This document shows, one piece after another, positions 24,550 to 38,400 of a stretch of DNA of 64,000 bases (within the stretch, counting starts at the first letter, position 1; every line of letters starts with the position of its first letter). Where the stretch lies: positions 260,586,001 through 260,650,000 of the forward strand of contig OZ024741.1 in NCBI GenBank assembly GCA_964016885.1. Direction: 5' to 3'. The notes beneath the pieces are model-generated. The model ran no database searches. It was not told the DNA's origin and saw only the letters and a list, made by a program, of their open reading frames with translations. Source of the DNA: Eledone cirrhosa (taxonomy: Eukaryota). The position numbers were made by a program, and so were the translations under genes.

Positions 24550-27500
24550 ACTTACGAGTGCTTTGCCTTACGAATGTTTTGAATTACTTCGACTTACGAG
24601 TGATCTGACTTACGAGTGTTCCTACTTACGAGTGTTTCGACTTACGAGTGTTTCGACTTGCGAGTGTTTCGACTTACGAGTGTTTCGACTTACGAGTATT
24701 CTGACTTACGAGTGTTCTGATTTACGAGTGTTCTGACTTACGAGTGTTTCGACTTACGAGTGTTTCGACTTACGAGTGTTTTGACTTACGAATGTTCTGA
24801 CTTACGGGTGTTTCGCCTTACGAATGTTTCGACTTACGAGTGTTTTAACTTACGGGTGTTTCGACTTACGCGTGTTTCGACTTACGAGTGTTTCGACTTA
24901 CGAGTGTTTCGACTTACGAATGTTCCGACTTACGAGTGTTTCTACTTACGAGTGTTTCGGCTTACGAGTGTTTTGACTTACGAGTGTTAAGACTTACGGG
25001 TGTTTTGACATACGAGTGTTTCGATACGAGTGTTTCGACTTACGAGTGTTACGAGTGTTCTGACTTACGAGTGTTTCGACTTACGATTGTTTTTTTCACT
25101 TACGGGTGTTTCGACTTACGCGTGTTTCGACTTAAGGATGTTTAGACTTGCGAGTGTTTCGACTTACGTGTGTTTCGGCTTACGTGAGTTTCGACTTAAG
25201 AGTGTTCTGATTTACGAGTGTTCTGACTTGCGGGTGTTCTGATTTACGAGTGTTCCGACTTACGAGTGTTTCGACTTACGAGTGTTTCGACTTACGGGTG
25301 TTCCGACTTACGAGTGTTTCGGCTTACGATTGATTCGACTTACGAGTGTTTCGGTTTACGAGTGTTTCGACTTACGAGTGTTTTGACTTACGGTGTTTCG
25401 GCTTACGAGTGTTTTGACTTACGAGTGTTTTGACTTACGGGTGTTTTGACATACGAGTGTTTCGATACGAGTGTTCTGACTTACGAGTGTTCTGACTTAC
25501 GAGTGTTCTGACTTACGAGTATTCTGACTTACGAGTGGTCTGACTTACGGGTGTTCTGACTTACGAGTGTTCCGACTTACGAGTGTTTCAGCTTATGAGT
25601 GTTTCGACTTACGAGTGCTTCGGTTTACGAGTGTTTCGACTTACGAGTGTTTCGGCTTACGAGTGTTTCGACTTACGAATGTTTTGGCTTACGAGTGTTT
25701 CGGCTTACGAGTGTTTCGGCTTATGAGTGTTTCGACTTACGTGTGTTTTGACTTATGGTGTTTCGGCTTACGAGTGTTTCGACATACGAGTGTTTTGACT
25801 TACGGGTGTTTCGACTTACGGGTGTTTCGACGTAAGAGTGTTTCGACTTACGAGCGCTTCGACTTACGAGTGTTTCGACTTACGAGTGCTTTGCCTTACG
25901 AATGTTTTGAATTACTTCGACTTACGAGTGATCTGACTTACGAGTGTTCCTACTTACGAGTGTTTCGACTTACGAGTGTTTCGACTTGCGAGTGTTTCGA
26001 CTTACGCGTGTTTCGACTTACGAGTATTCTGACTTACGAGTGTTCTGATTTACGAGTGTTCTGACTTACGAGTGTTTCGACTTACGAGTGTTTCGACTTA
26101 CGAGTGTTTTGACTTACGAATGTTCTGACTTACGGGTGTTTCGCCTTACGAGTGTTTCGACTTACGAGTGTTTTAACTTACGGGTGTTTCGACTTACGCG
26201 TGTTTCGACTTACGAGTGTTTCGACTTACGAGTGTTTCGACTTACGAATGTTCCGACTTAAGAGTGTTTCTACTTACGAGTGTTTCGGCTTACGAGTGTT
26301 TCGACTTACGCGTTTTTCGACTACGAATGTTCCGACTTACGAGTGTTTCGACTTACGAGTGTTTCGACATACGAGTGCTTTGCCTTACGAATGTTTTGAA
26401 TTACTTCGACTTACGAGTGATCTGACTTACGAGTGTTCCTACTTACGAGTGTTTCGACTTACGAGTGTTTCGACTTGCGAGTGTTTCGACTTACGAGTGT
26501 TTCGACTTACGAGTATTCTGACTTACGAGTGTTCTGATTTACGAGTGTTCTGACTTACGAGTGTTTCGACTTACGAGTGTTTCGACTTACGAGTGTTTTG
26601 ACTTACGAATGTTCTGACTTACGGGTGTTTCGCCTTACGAATGTTTCGACTTACGAGTGTTTTAACTTACGGGTGTTTCGACTTACGCGTGTTTCGACTT
26701 ACGAGTGTTTCGACTTACGAGTGTTTCGACTTACGAATGTTCCGACTTACGAGTGTTTCTACTTACGAGTGTTTCGGCTTACGAGTGTTTTGACTTACGG
26801 TGTTTCTGCTTACGAGTGTTTCGACTTACGAGTGTTAAGACTTACGGGTGTTTTGACATACGAGTGTTTCGATACGAGTGTTTCGACTTACGAGTGTTAC
26901 GAGTGTTCTGACTTACGAGTGTTTCGACTTACGATTGTTTTTTTCACTTACGGGTGTTTCGACTTACGCGTGTTTCGACTTAAGGATGTTTAGACTTGCG
27001 AGTGTTTCGACTTACGTGTGTTTCGGCTTACGTGAGTTTCGACTTAAGAGTGTTCTGATTTACGAGTGTTCTGACTTGCGGGTGTTCTGATTTACGAGTG
27101 TTCCGACTTACGAGTGTTTCGACTTACGAGTGTTTCGACTTACGGGTGTTCCGACTTACGAGTGTTTCGGCTTACGATTGATTCGACTTACGAGTGTTTC
27201 GGTTTACGAGTGTTTCGACTTACGGGTGTTTTGACTTACGATTGTTTGGGCTTACGAATGTTTCGACTTACGAGTGTTTCGACTTACGAGTGTTTTGACT
27301 TACGGTGTTTCGGCTTACGAGTGTTTTGACTTACGAGTGTTTTGACTTACGGGTGTTTTGACATACGAGTGTTTCGATACGAGTGTTCTGACTTACGAGT
27401 GTTCTGACTTACGAGTGTTCTGACTTACGAGTATTCTGACTTACGAGTGGTCTGACTTACGGGTGTTCTGACTTACGAGTGTTCCGACTTACGAGTGTTT

Positions 27501-28290
27501 CAGCTTATGAGTGTTTCGACTTACGAGTGCTTCGGTTTACGAGTGTTTCGACTTACGAGTGTTTCGGCTTACGAGTGTTTCGACTTACGAATGTTTTGGC
27601 TTACGAGTGTTTCGGCTTACGAGTGTTTCGGCTTATGAGTGTTTCGACTTACGTGTGTTTTGACTTATGGTGTTTCGGCTTACGAGTGTTTCGACATACG
27701 AGTGTTTTGACTTACGGGTGTTTCGACTTACGGGTGTTTCGACGTAAGAGTGTTTCGACTTACGAGCGCTTCGACTTACGAGTGTTTCGACTTACGAGTG
27801 CTTTGCCTTACGAATGTTTTGAATTACTTCGACTTACGAGTGATCTGACTTACGAGTGTTCCTACTTACGAGTGTTTCGACTTACGAGTGTTTCGACTTG
27901 CGAGTGTTTCGACTTACGCGTGTTTCGACTTACGAGTATTCTGACTTACGAGTGTTCTGATTTACGAGTGTTCTGACTTACGAGTGTTTCGACTTACGAG
28001 TGTTTCGACTTACGAGTGTTTTGACTTACGAATGTTCTGACTTACGGGTGTTTCGCCTTACGAGTGTTTCGACTTACGAGTGTTTTAACTTACGGGTGTT
28101 TCGACTTACGCGTGTTTCGACTTACGAGTGTTTCGACTTACGAGTGTTTCGACTTACGAATGTTCCGACTTAAGAGTGTTTCTACTTACGAGTGTTTCGG
28201 CTTACGAGTGTTTCGACTTACGCGTTTTTCGACTACGAATGTTCCGACTTACGAGTGTTTCGACTTACGAGTGTTTCGACATACGAGTGC
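24550..28290 (+). repeat. ~1.9-kb internal duplication (period 1912), repeated again at ~35430-39230 and in part at 49171-51860; contains a 489-bp offset sub-repeat
   Basis: ORF starts 25567/27479, 26152/28064, 35907/37819, 36143/38055 and 36508/38420 each differ by 1912. ORF ends 26064/26553 differ by 489. Confidence 0.85.
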
Positions 28291-28974
28291 TTTGACTTAC
28301 GAATGTTTTGACTTACTTCGACTTACGAGTGATCTGACTTACGAGTGTTCCTACTTACGAGTGTTTCGACTTACGAGTGTTTCGACTTGCGAGTGTTTCG
28401 ACTTACGAGTGTTTCTGCTTACGAGTGTTTCGGTGTTTCGGCTTACGTGTGTTTCGACTTACGAGTGTTTCGACTTACGAGTGTTTCGGCTTATGAGTGT
28501 TTCGACTTACGAGTGCTTCGGCTTACGAGTGTTTCGACTTACGAGTATTTCGGCTTACGAGTGTTTCGACGTACGAATGTTTTGGCTTACGAGTGTTTCG
28601 GCTTATGAGTGTTTCGGCTTACGAGTGTTTCGACTTACGAGTGTTTCGGCTTACGAGTGTTTTAGTGTTTCGGCTTACGTGTGTTTCGACTTACGAGTGT
28701 TTCGACTTACGACTGTTTCGGCTTACGAGTGTTTCGGCTTACGAGTGTTTCGGCTTACGAGTGTTTTGACTTACGAGTGTTTTGACTTACGATTGTTTGG
28801 CTTACGAGTGTTCTGACTTACGGGTGTTCTGACTTACGAGTGTTCCGACTTACGAGTGTTTCGGCTTATGAGGGTTTCGACTTACGAGTGCTTCGGCTTA
28901 CGAGTGTTTCGACTTACGAGTGTTTCGGCTTACGAGTGTTTAGACTTACGAGTGTTTCGACTTACGAGTGTTTT

Positions 28975-29405
28975 TACTTACGGTGTTTCGGCTTACGAGT
29001 GTTTCGACATACGAGTGTTTTGACGTACGGGTGTTTCGACTTACGGGTCTTTCGACTTAAGAGTGTTTCGACTTACGAGCGATTCGACTTACGAGTGTTT
29101 AGACTTACGAGTGTTTCGGCGTATGAGTGTTTTGACTTACGAGTGTTTCGACTTACGAGTGTTTCGACTTACGAGTGTTTCGACTTACGAGTGTTTTGAC
29201 TTACGGTGTTTCGGCTTACGAGTGTTTCGACATACGAGTGTTTTGACGTACGGGTGTTTCGACTTACGGGTCTTTCGACTTAAGAGTGTTTCGACTTACG
29301 AGCGATTCGACTTACGAGTGTTTAGACTTACGAGTGTTTCGGCGTATGAGTGTTTTGACTTACGAGTGTTTCGACTTACGAGTGTTTCGACTTACGAGTG
29401 TTTCG
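28975..29405 (+). repeat. 223-bp (14-monomer, one of them 15 bp) tandem duplication; also at ~39915-40345 and ~52545-52990
   Basis: TGACGTACGGG...GGGTCTTTCG...GAGCGATTCG...TTTAGAC...GGCGTATG starts at both 29021 and 29244. Confidence 0.85.
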
Positions 29406-32400
29406 AATTACGAGTGTTTCGACTTACGAGTGTTTTGACTTACGAGTGTTTTGACTTACGGTGTTTCTGCTTACGAGTGTTTCGACTTACGAGTGTTATG
29501 ACTTACGAGTGTTTTGACATACGAGTGTTTCGACTTACGAGTGTTTTGACTTACGGGTGTTTTGACATACGAGTGTTTCGATACGAGTGTTCTGACTTAC
29601 GAGTGTTCTGACTTACGAGTGTTCTGACTTACGAGTGTTTCGACATACGAGTGTTTTGACTTACGGGTGTTTCGACTTACGAGTGTTTTGACTTACGAAT
29701 GTTTTGACTTACGGGTGTTTCGGCTTACGAGAGTTTTGACTTACGAGTGTTTCGACTTACGAGTGTTTCGACTTACGAGTATTTTGACTTACGAATGTTT
29801 TGACTTACGGGTGTTTCGGCTTACGAGTGTTTCGACTTACTAATGTTTTTACTTACGAGTGTTTCGGCGTACGAATGTTTCGACTTCCGAGTGTTTCGAC
29901 TTACGGGTGTTTTGACTTACGGGTGTTTTGACATACGAGTGTTTCGACTTACGAGTGTTTTGACTTACGGGTGTTTTGACATACGAGTGTTTCGATACGA
30001 GTGTTCTGACTTACGAGTGTTCTGACTTACGAGTGTTCTGACTTACGAGTGTTTCGACATACGAGTGTTTTGACTTACGGGTGTTTCGACTTACGGGTGT
30101 TTTGACTTAAGGGTGTTTCGGCTTACGAGTGTTTCGACTTACGAGTGTTTTGACTTAAGGGTGTTTCGACTTACGAGTATTTTTGGCTTACGAGTGTTTC
30201 GACTTACGAGTGTTTTGACTTACGAGTGTTCTGATTTACGGATGTTTCGACATACGAGTGTTTCGACTTACGAGTGTTTCGACTTATGAGTGTTTCGACT
30301 TACGTGTGTTTCGACTTACGAGTGTTTCGGCTTATGATTGTTTCGACTTACGAGTGTTTTGAGTTACGGTGTTTCAGCTTACGAGTGTTTCGACTTACGA
30401 GTGTTTTGACTTACGGGTGTTTTGACATACGAGTGTTTCGATACGAGTGTTCTGACTTACGAGTGTTCTGACTTACGAGTGTTTTGACTTACGAGTGTTC
30501 TGACTTACGAGTGTTCCGACTTACGAGTGTTCCGACTTACGAGTGTTTCGGCTTACGAGTGTTTCCGGCTTACGAGTGTTTCGACTTACGAGTGTTTTGA
30601 CTTACGGTGTTTCGGCTTACGAGTCATTCAACTTACGAGTGTTTTGACTTACGGGTGTTTTGACTTACGGGTGTTGTGAATTACGAGTGTTCCGATTTAC
30701 GAGTGTTTTGACTTACGGTGTTTCGGCTTACGAGTGATTCGACTTACGAATGTTTTGACTTACGGGTGTTTCGGCTTGCGAGTGTTTCGACTTACGAGTG
30801 TTTCGGCTTATGAGTGTTTCGACTTACTAATGTTTTTACATACGAGTGTTCTGACTTACGAGGGTTCCGACTTAAGAGTGTTCCGACTTACGAGTGTTTC
30901 GGCTTACGAGTGTTTCCGGCTTACGAGTGTTTCGACTTACGAGTGTTTCGACTTACGAGTGTTTTGACTTACGGTGTTTCGACTTACGAGTGATTCGACT
31001 TACGAGTGTTTTGACTTACGGTGTTTTGACTTACGGGTGTTGTGAATTACGAGTGTTCCGATTTACGAGTATTTTGACTTACGGTGTTTCGGCTAACGAG
31101 TGATTCGACTTACGAATGTTTTGACTTACGGGTGTTTCGGCTTACGAGTGTTTCGACTTACGAGTGTTTCGGCTTGCGAGTGTTTCGACTTACTAATGTT
31201 TTTACTTACGAGTTTTTCGGCGTACGAGTGTTTCGACTTACGAGTGTTTCGACTTACGGGTGTTTTGACTTAAGGGTGTTTCGACTTACAAGTGTTTCGA
31301 CTTACGAGTGTTTCGACTTACGAGTGTTCTGACTTACGAGTGTTCTGATTTACAGATGTTTCGACATACGAGTGTTTCGACTTACGAGTGTTTCGACTTA
31401 CGAGTGTTTTGACTTACGGGTGTTTTGACATACGAGTGTTTCGATACGAGTGTTTCGACTTACGAGTGTTCTGACTTACGAGTGTTCTGACTTACGAGTG
31501 TTCTGACTTACGAGTGTTCTGATTTACGAGTGTTCCGACTTACGAGTGTTTTGACTTACGAATGTTTTGACTTAAGGGTGTTTCGGCTTACGAGTGTTTC
31601 GACTTACTAATGTTTTTACTTACGAGCGTTTCGGCGTACGAGTGTTTCGACTTCCGAGTGTTTCGACTTACGGGTGTTTTGACTTACGGGTGTTTCGGCT
31701 TACGAGTGTTTTGACTTACGAGTGTTTTGACTTAAGGGTGTTTCGACTTACGAGTATTTTTGGCTTACGAGTGTTTTGACTTACGAGTGTTTTGACTTAC
31801 GAGTGTTCTGATTTACGGATTTTTCGACATACGAGTGTTTCGACTTACGAGTGTTTCGGCTTATGATTGTTTCGACTTACGAGTGTTTTGACTTACGGTG
31901 TTTCAGCTTACGAGTGTTTTGACTTACGGGTGTTTTGACATACGAGTGTTTCGATACGAGTGTTCTGACTTACGAGTGTTCTGACTTACGAGTGTTTTGA
32001 CTTACGAGTGTTCTGACTTACGAGTGTTCCGACTTACGAGTGTTCCGACTTACGAGTGTTTCGGCTTACGAGTGTTTCCGGCTTACGAGTGTTTCGACTT
32101 ACGAGTGTTTTGACTTACGGTGTTTCGGCTTACGAGTGATTCAACTTACGAGTGTTTTGACTTACGGGTGTTTTGACTTACGGGTGTTGTGAATTACGAG
32201 TGTTTCGGTTTACGAGTGTTTCGACATACGAGTGTTTTGACTTACGGGTGTTTCGACTTACGGGTGTTTCGACTTACGAGTGTTTCGGCTTACGAGTGTT
32301 TCGAATTACTAATGTTTTTACTTACGAGTGTTTCGGTGTACGAGTGTTTCGACTTAAGGATGTTTCGACTTGCGAGTGTTTCGACTTACGTGTGTTTCGG

Positions 32401-35400
32401 CTTACGTGAGTTTCGACTTAAGAGTGTTCTGATTTACGAGTGTTCTGACTTGCGGGTGTTCTGATTTACGAGTGTTCCGACTTACGAGTGTTTCGGCTTA
32501 TGAGTGTTTCGACTTACGAGTGTTTCGGCTTACGAGTGTTTCGACTTATGGGTGTTTCGACTTACGAGTGTTTTTACTTACGGTGTTTCGGCTTACGAGT
32601 GTTTCGACATACGAGTGTTCAGACTTACGAGTGTTCCGACTTACGAGCGTTCCGACTTACAAGTGTTTCGATTACGAGTGTTAAGACTTACGGGTGTTTT
32701 GACATACGAGTGTTTCGATACGTGTGTTTCGACTTACGAGTGTTACGAGTGTTCTGACTTACGAGTGTTCTGACTTACGAGTGTTCTGACTTACGAGTGT
32801 TCTGACTTACGAGTGGTCTGACTTACGGGTGTTCTGACTTACGAGTGTTCCGACTTACGAGTGTTTCAGCTTATGAGTGTTTCGACTTACGAGTGCTTCG
32901 GTTTACGAGTGTTTCGACTTACGAGTGTTTTGTCTTACGCGTGTTTCGACTTACGAATGTTTTGGCTTACGAGTGTTTCGGCTTACGAGTGTTTCGGCTT
33001 ATGAGTGTTTCGACTTACGAGTGTTTTGACTTATGGTGTTTCGGCTTACGAGTGTTTCGACATACGAGTGTTTTGACTTACGGGTGTTTCGACTTACGGG
33101 TGTTTCGACGTAAGAGTGTTTCGACTTACGAGCGCTTCGACTTACGAGTGTTTCGACTTACGAGTGCTTTGCCTTACGAATGTTTTGAATTACTTCGACT
33201 TACGAGTGATCTGACTTACGAGTGTTCCTACTTACGAGTGTTTCGACTTACGAGTGTTTCGACTTGCGAGTGTTTCAACTTACGAGTGTTTCGACTTACG
33301 AGTATTCTGACTTACGAGTGTTCTGATTTACGAGTGTTCTGACTTACGAGTGTTTCGACTTACGAGTGTTTCGACTTACGAGTGTTTTGACTTACGAATG
33401 TTCTGACTTACGGGTGTTTCGCCTTACGAGTGTTTCGACTTACGAGTGTTTTAACTTACGGGTGTTTCGACTTACGCGTGTTTCGACTTACGAGTGTTTC
33501 GACTTACGAGTGTTTCGACTTACGAATGTTCCGACTTAAGAGTGTTTCGGCTTACGAGTGTTTCGACTTAATCGTTTTTCGACTACGAATGTTCCGACTT
33601 ACGAGTGTTTCGACTTACGAGTGTTTCGACTTACGAGTGCTTTGACTTACGAATGTTTTGACTTACTTCGACTTACGAGTGATCTGACTTACGAGTGTTC
33701 CTACTTACGAGTGTTTCGACTTACGAGTGTTTCGACTTGCGAGTGTTTCGACTTACGAGTGTTTCTGCTTACGAGTGTTTCGGTGTTTCGGCTTACGTGT
33801 GTTTCGACTTACGAGTGTTTCGACTTACGAGTGTTTCGGCTTATTAGTGTTTCGACTTACGAGTGCTTCGGCTTACGAGTGTTTCGACTTACGAGTATTT
33901 CGGCTTACGAGTGTTTCGACGTACGAATGTTTTGGCTTACGAGTGTTTCGGCTTATGAGTGTTTCGGCTTACGAGTGTTTCGACTTACGAGTGTTTCGGC
34001 TTACGAGTGTTTTAGTGTTTCGGCTTACGTGTGGTTCGACTTACGAGTGTTTCGACTTACGACTGTTTCGGCTTACGAGTGTTTCGGCTTACGAGTGTTT
34101 CGGCTTACGAGTGTTTTGACTTACGAGTGTTTTGACTTACGATTGTTTGGCTTACGAGTGTTCTGACTTACGGGTGTTCTGACTTACGAGTGTTCCGACT
34201 TACGAGTGTTTCGGCTTATGAGGGTTTCGACTTACGAGTGCTTCGGCTTACGAGTGTTTCGACTTACGAGTGTTTCGGCTTACGAGTGTTTCGACTTACG
34301 AGTGTTTCGACTTACGAGTGTTTTGACTTACGGTGTTTCGGCTTACGAGTGTTTCGACATACGAGTGTTTTGACGTACGGGTGTTTCGACTTACGGGTCT
34401 TTCGACTTAAGAGTGTTTCGACTTACGAGCGATTCGACTTACGAGTGTTTCGACTTACGAGTGTTTCGGTGTTTCGGCTTACGTGTGTTTCGTCTTACGA
34501 GTGTTTCGACTTACGAGTGTTTCGGCTTATGAGTGTTTCGACTTACGAGTGCTTCGGCTTACGAGTGTTTCGACTTACGAGTATTTCGGCTTACGAGTGT
34601 TTCGACGTACGAATGTTTTGGCTTACGAGTGTTTCGGCTTATGAGTGTTTCGACTTACGAGTGTTTCGACTTACGAGTGTTTCGGCTTACGAGTGTTACG
34701 AGTGTTCTGACTTACGACTGTTTCGACTTACGAGTGTTCTGACCTACGAGTGTTCTGACTTACGAGTGTTTCGACTTACGAGTGTTTTGACTTACGGGTG
34801 TTTCGACTTACGGGTGTTCCGACTTACGAGTGTTTCGGCTTACGATTGTTTCGACTTACGAGTGTTTCGGTTTACGAGTGTTTCGACTTACGGGTGTTTT
34901 GACTTACGATTGTTTGGGCTTACGAATGTTTCGACTTACGAGTGTTTTGACTTACGGGTGTTTTGACTTACGGGTGTTTTGACATACGAGTGTTTCGATA
35001 CGAGTGTTCTCACTTACGAGTGTTCTGACTTACGAGTGGTCTGACTTACGGGTGTTCTGACTTACGAGTGTTCCGACTTACGAGTGTTTCAGCTTATGAG
35101 TGTTTCGACTTACGAGTGATTCGGTTTACGAGTGTTTCGACTTACGAGTGTTTCGTCTTACGCGTGTTTCGACTTACGAATGTTTTGGCTTACGAGTGTT
35201 TCGGCTTACGAGTGTTTCGTCTTATGAGTGTTTCGACTTACGAGTGTTTTGACTTATGGTGTTTCGGCTTACGAGTGTTTCGACATACGAGTGTTTTGAC
35301 TTACGGGTGTTTCGACTTACGGGTGTTTCGACGTAAGAGTGTTTCGACTTACGAGCGCTTCGACTTACGAGTGTTTCGACTTACGAGTGTTTCGGCGTAC

Positions 35401-38400
35401 GAGTGTTTTGACTTACGAGTGTTTCGACTTACGAGTGCTTTGCCTTACGAATGTTTTGAATTACTTCGACTTACGAGTGATCTGACTTACGAGTGTTCCT
35501 ACTTACGAGTGTTTCGACTTACGAGTGTTTCGACTTGCGAGTGTTTCGACTTACGAGTGTTTCGACTTACGAGTATTCTGACTTACGAGTGTTCTGATTT
35601 ACGAGTGTTCTGACTTACGAGTGTTTCGACTTACGAGTGTTTCGACTTACGAGTGTTTTGACTTACGAATGTTCTGACTTACGGGTGTTTCGCCTTACGA
35701 ATGTTTCGACTTACGAGTGTTTTAACTTACGGGTGTTTCGACTTACGCGTGTTTCGACTTACGAGTGTTTCGACTTACGAGTGTTTCGACTTACGAATGT
35801 TCCGACTTACGAGTGTTTCTACTTACGAGTGTTTCGGCTTACGAGTGTTTTGACTTACGAGTGTTAAGACTTACGGGTGTTTTGACATACGAGTGTTTCG
35901 ATACGAGTGTTTCGACTTACGAGTGTTACGAGTGTTCTGACTTACGAGTGTTTCGACTTACGATTGTTTTTTTCACTTACGGGTGTTTCGACTTACGCGT
36001 GTTTCGACTTAAGGATGTTTAGACTTGCGAGTGTTTCGACTTACGTGTGTTTCGGCTTACGTGAGTTTCGACTTAAGAGTGTTCTGATTTACGAGTGTTC
36101 TGACTTGCGGGTGTTCTGATTTACGAGTGTTCCGACTTACGAGTGTTTCGACTTACGAGTGTTTCGACTTACGGGTGTTCCGACTTACGAGTGTTTCGGC
36201 TTACGATTGATTCGACTTACGAGTGTTTCGGTTTACGAGTGTTTCGACTTACGGGTGTTTTGACTTACGATTGTTTGGGCTTACGAATGTTTCGACTTAC
36301 GAGTGTTTCGACTTACGAGTGTTTTGACTTACGGTGTTTCGGCTTACGAGTGTTTTGACTTACGAGTGTTTTGACTTACGGGTGTTTTGACATACGAGTG
36401 TTTCGATACGAGTGTTCTGACTTACGAGTGTTCTGACTTACGAGTGTTCTGACTTACGAGTATTCTGACTTACGAGTGGTCTGACTTACGGGTGTTCTGA
36501 CTTACGAGTGTTCCGACTTACGAGTGTTTCAGCTTATGAGTGTTTCGACTTACGAGTGCTTCGGTTTACGAGTGTTTCGACTTACGAGTGTTTCGGCTTA
36601 CGAGTGTTTCGACTTACGAATGTTTTGGCTTACGAGTGTTTCGGCTTACGAGTGTTTCGGCTTATGAGTGTTTCGACTTACGTGTGTTTTGACTTATGGT
36701 GTTTCGGCTTACGAGTGTTTCGACATACGAGTGTTTTGACTTACGGGTGTTTCGACTTACGGGTGTTTCGACGTAAGAGTGTTTCGACTTACGAGCGCTT
36801 CGACTTACGAGTGTTTCGACTTACGAGTGCTTTGCCTTACGAATGTTTTGAATTACTTCGACTTACGAGTGATCTGACTTACGAGTGTTCCTACTTACGA
36901 GTGTTTCGACTTACGAGTGTTTCGACTTGCGAGTGTTTCGACTTACGCGTGTTTCGACTTACGAGTATTCTGACTTACGAGTGTTCTGATTTACGAGTGT
37001 TCTGACTTACGAGTGTTTCGACTTACGAGTGTTTCGACTTACGAGTGTTTTGACTTACGAATGTTCTGACTTACGGGTGTTTCGCCTTACGAGTGTTTCG
37101 ACTTACGAGTGTTTTAACTTACGGGTGTTTCGACTTACGCGTGTTTCGACTTACGAGTGTTTCGACTTACGAGTGTTTCGACTTACGAATGTTCCGACTT
37201 AAGAGTGTTTCTACTTACGAGTGTTTCGGCTTACGAGTGTTTCGACTTACGCGTTTTTCGACTACGAATGTTCCGACTTACGAGTGTTTCGACTTACGAG
37301 TGTTTCGACATACGAGTGCTTTGCCTTACGAATGTTTTGAATTACTTCGACTTACGAGTGATCTGACTTACGAGTGTTCCTACTTACGAGTGTTTCGACT
37401 TACGAGTGTTTCGACTTGCGAGTGTTTCGACTTACGAGTGTTTCGACTTACGAGTATTCTGACTTACGAGTGTTCTGATTTACGAGTGTTCTGACTTACG
37501 AGTGTTTCGACTTACGAGTGTTTCGACTTACGAGTGTTTTGACTTACGAATGTTCTGACTTACGGGTGTTTCGCCTTACGAATGTTTCGACTTACGAGTG
37601 TTTTAACTTACGGGTGTTTCGTCTTACGCGTGTTTCGACTTACGAGTGTTTCGACTTACGAGTGTTTCGACTTACGAATGTTCCGACTTACGAGTGTTTC
37701 TACTTACGAGTGTTTCGGCTTACGAGTGTTTTGACTTACGGTGTTTCTGCTTACGAGTGTTTCGACTTACGAGTGTTAAGACTTACGGGTGTTTTGACAT
37801 ACGAGTGTTTCGATACGAGTGTTTCGACTTACGAGTGTTACGAGTGTTCTGACTTACGAGTGTTTCGACTTACGATTGTTTTTTTCACTTACGGGTGTTT
37901 CGACTTACGCGTGTTTCGACTTAAGGATGTTTAGACTTGCGAGTGTTTCGACTTACGTGTGTTTCGGCTTACGTGAGTTTCGACTTAAGAGTGTTCTGAT
38001 TTACGAGTGTTCTGACTTGCGGGTGTTCTGATTTACGAGTGTTCCGACTTACGAGTGTTTCGACTTACGAGTGTTTCGACTTACGGGTGTTCCGACTTAC
38101 GAGTGTTTCGGCTTACGATTGATTCGACTTACGAGTGTTTCGGTTTACGAGTGTTTCGACTTACGGGTGTTTTGACTTACGATTGTTTGGGCTTACGAAT
38201 GTTTCGACTTACGAGTGTTTCGACTTACGAGTGTTTTGACTTACGGTGTTTCGGCTTACGAGTGTTTTGACTTACGAGTGTTTTGACTTACGGGTGTTTT
38301 GACATACGAGTGTTTCGATACGAGTGTTCTGACTTACGAGTGTTCTGACTTACGAGTGTTCTGACTTACGAGTATTCTGACTTACGAGTGGTCTGACTTA

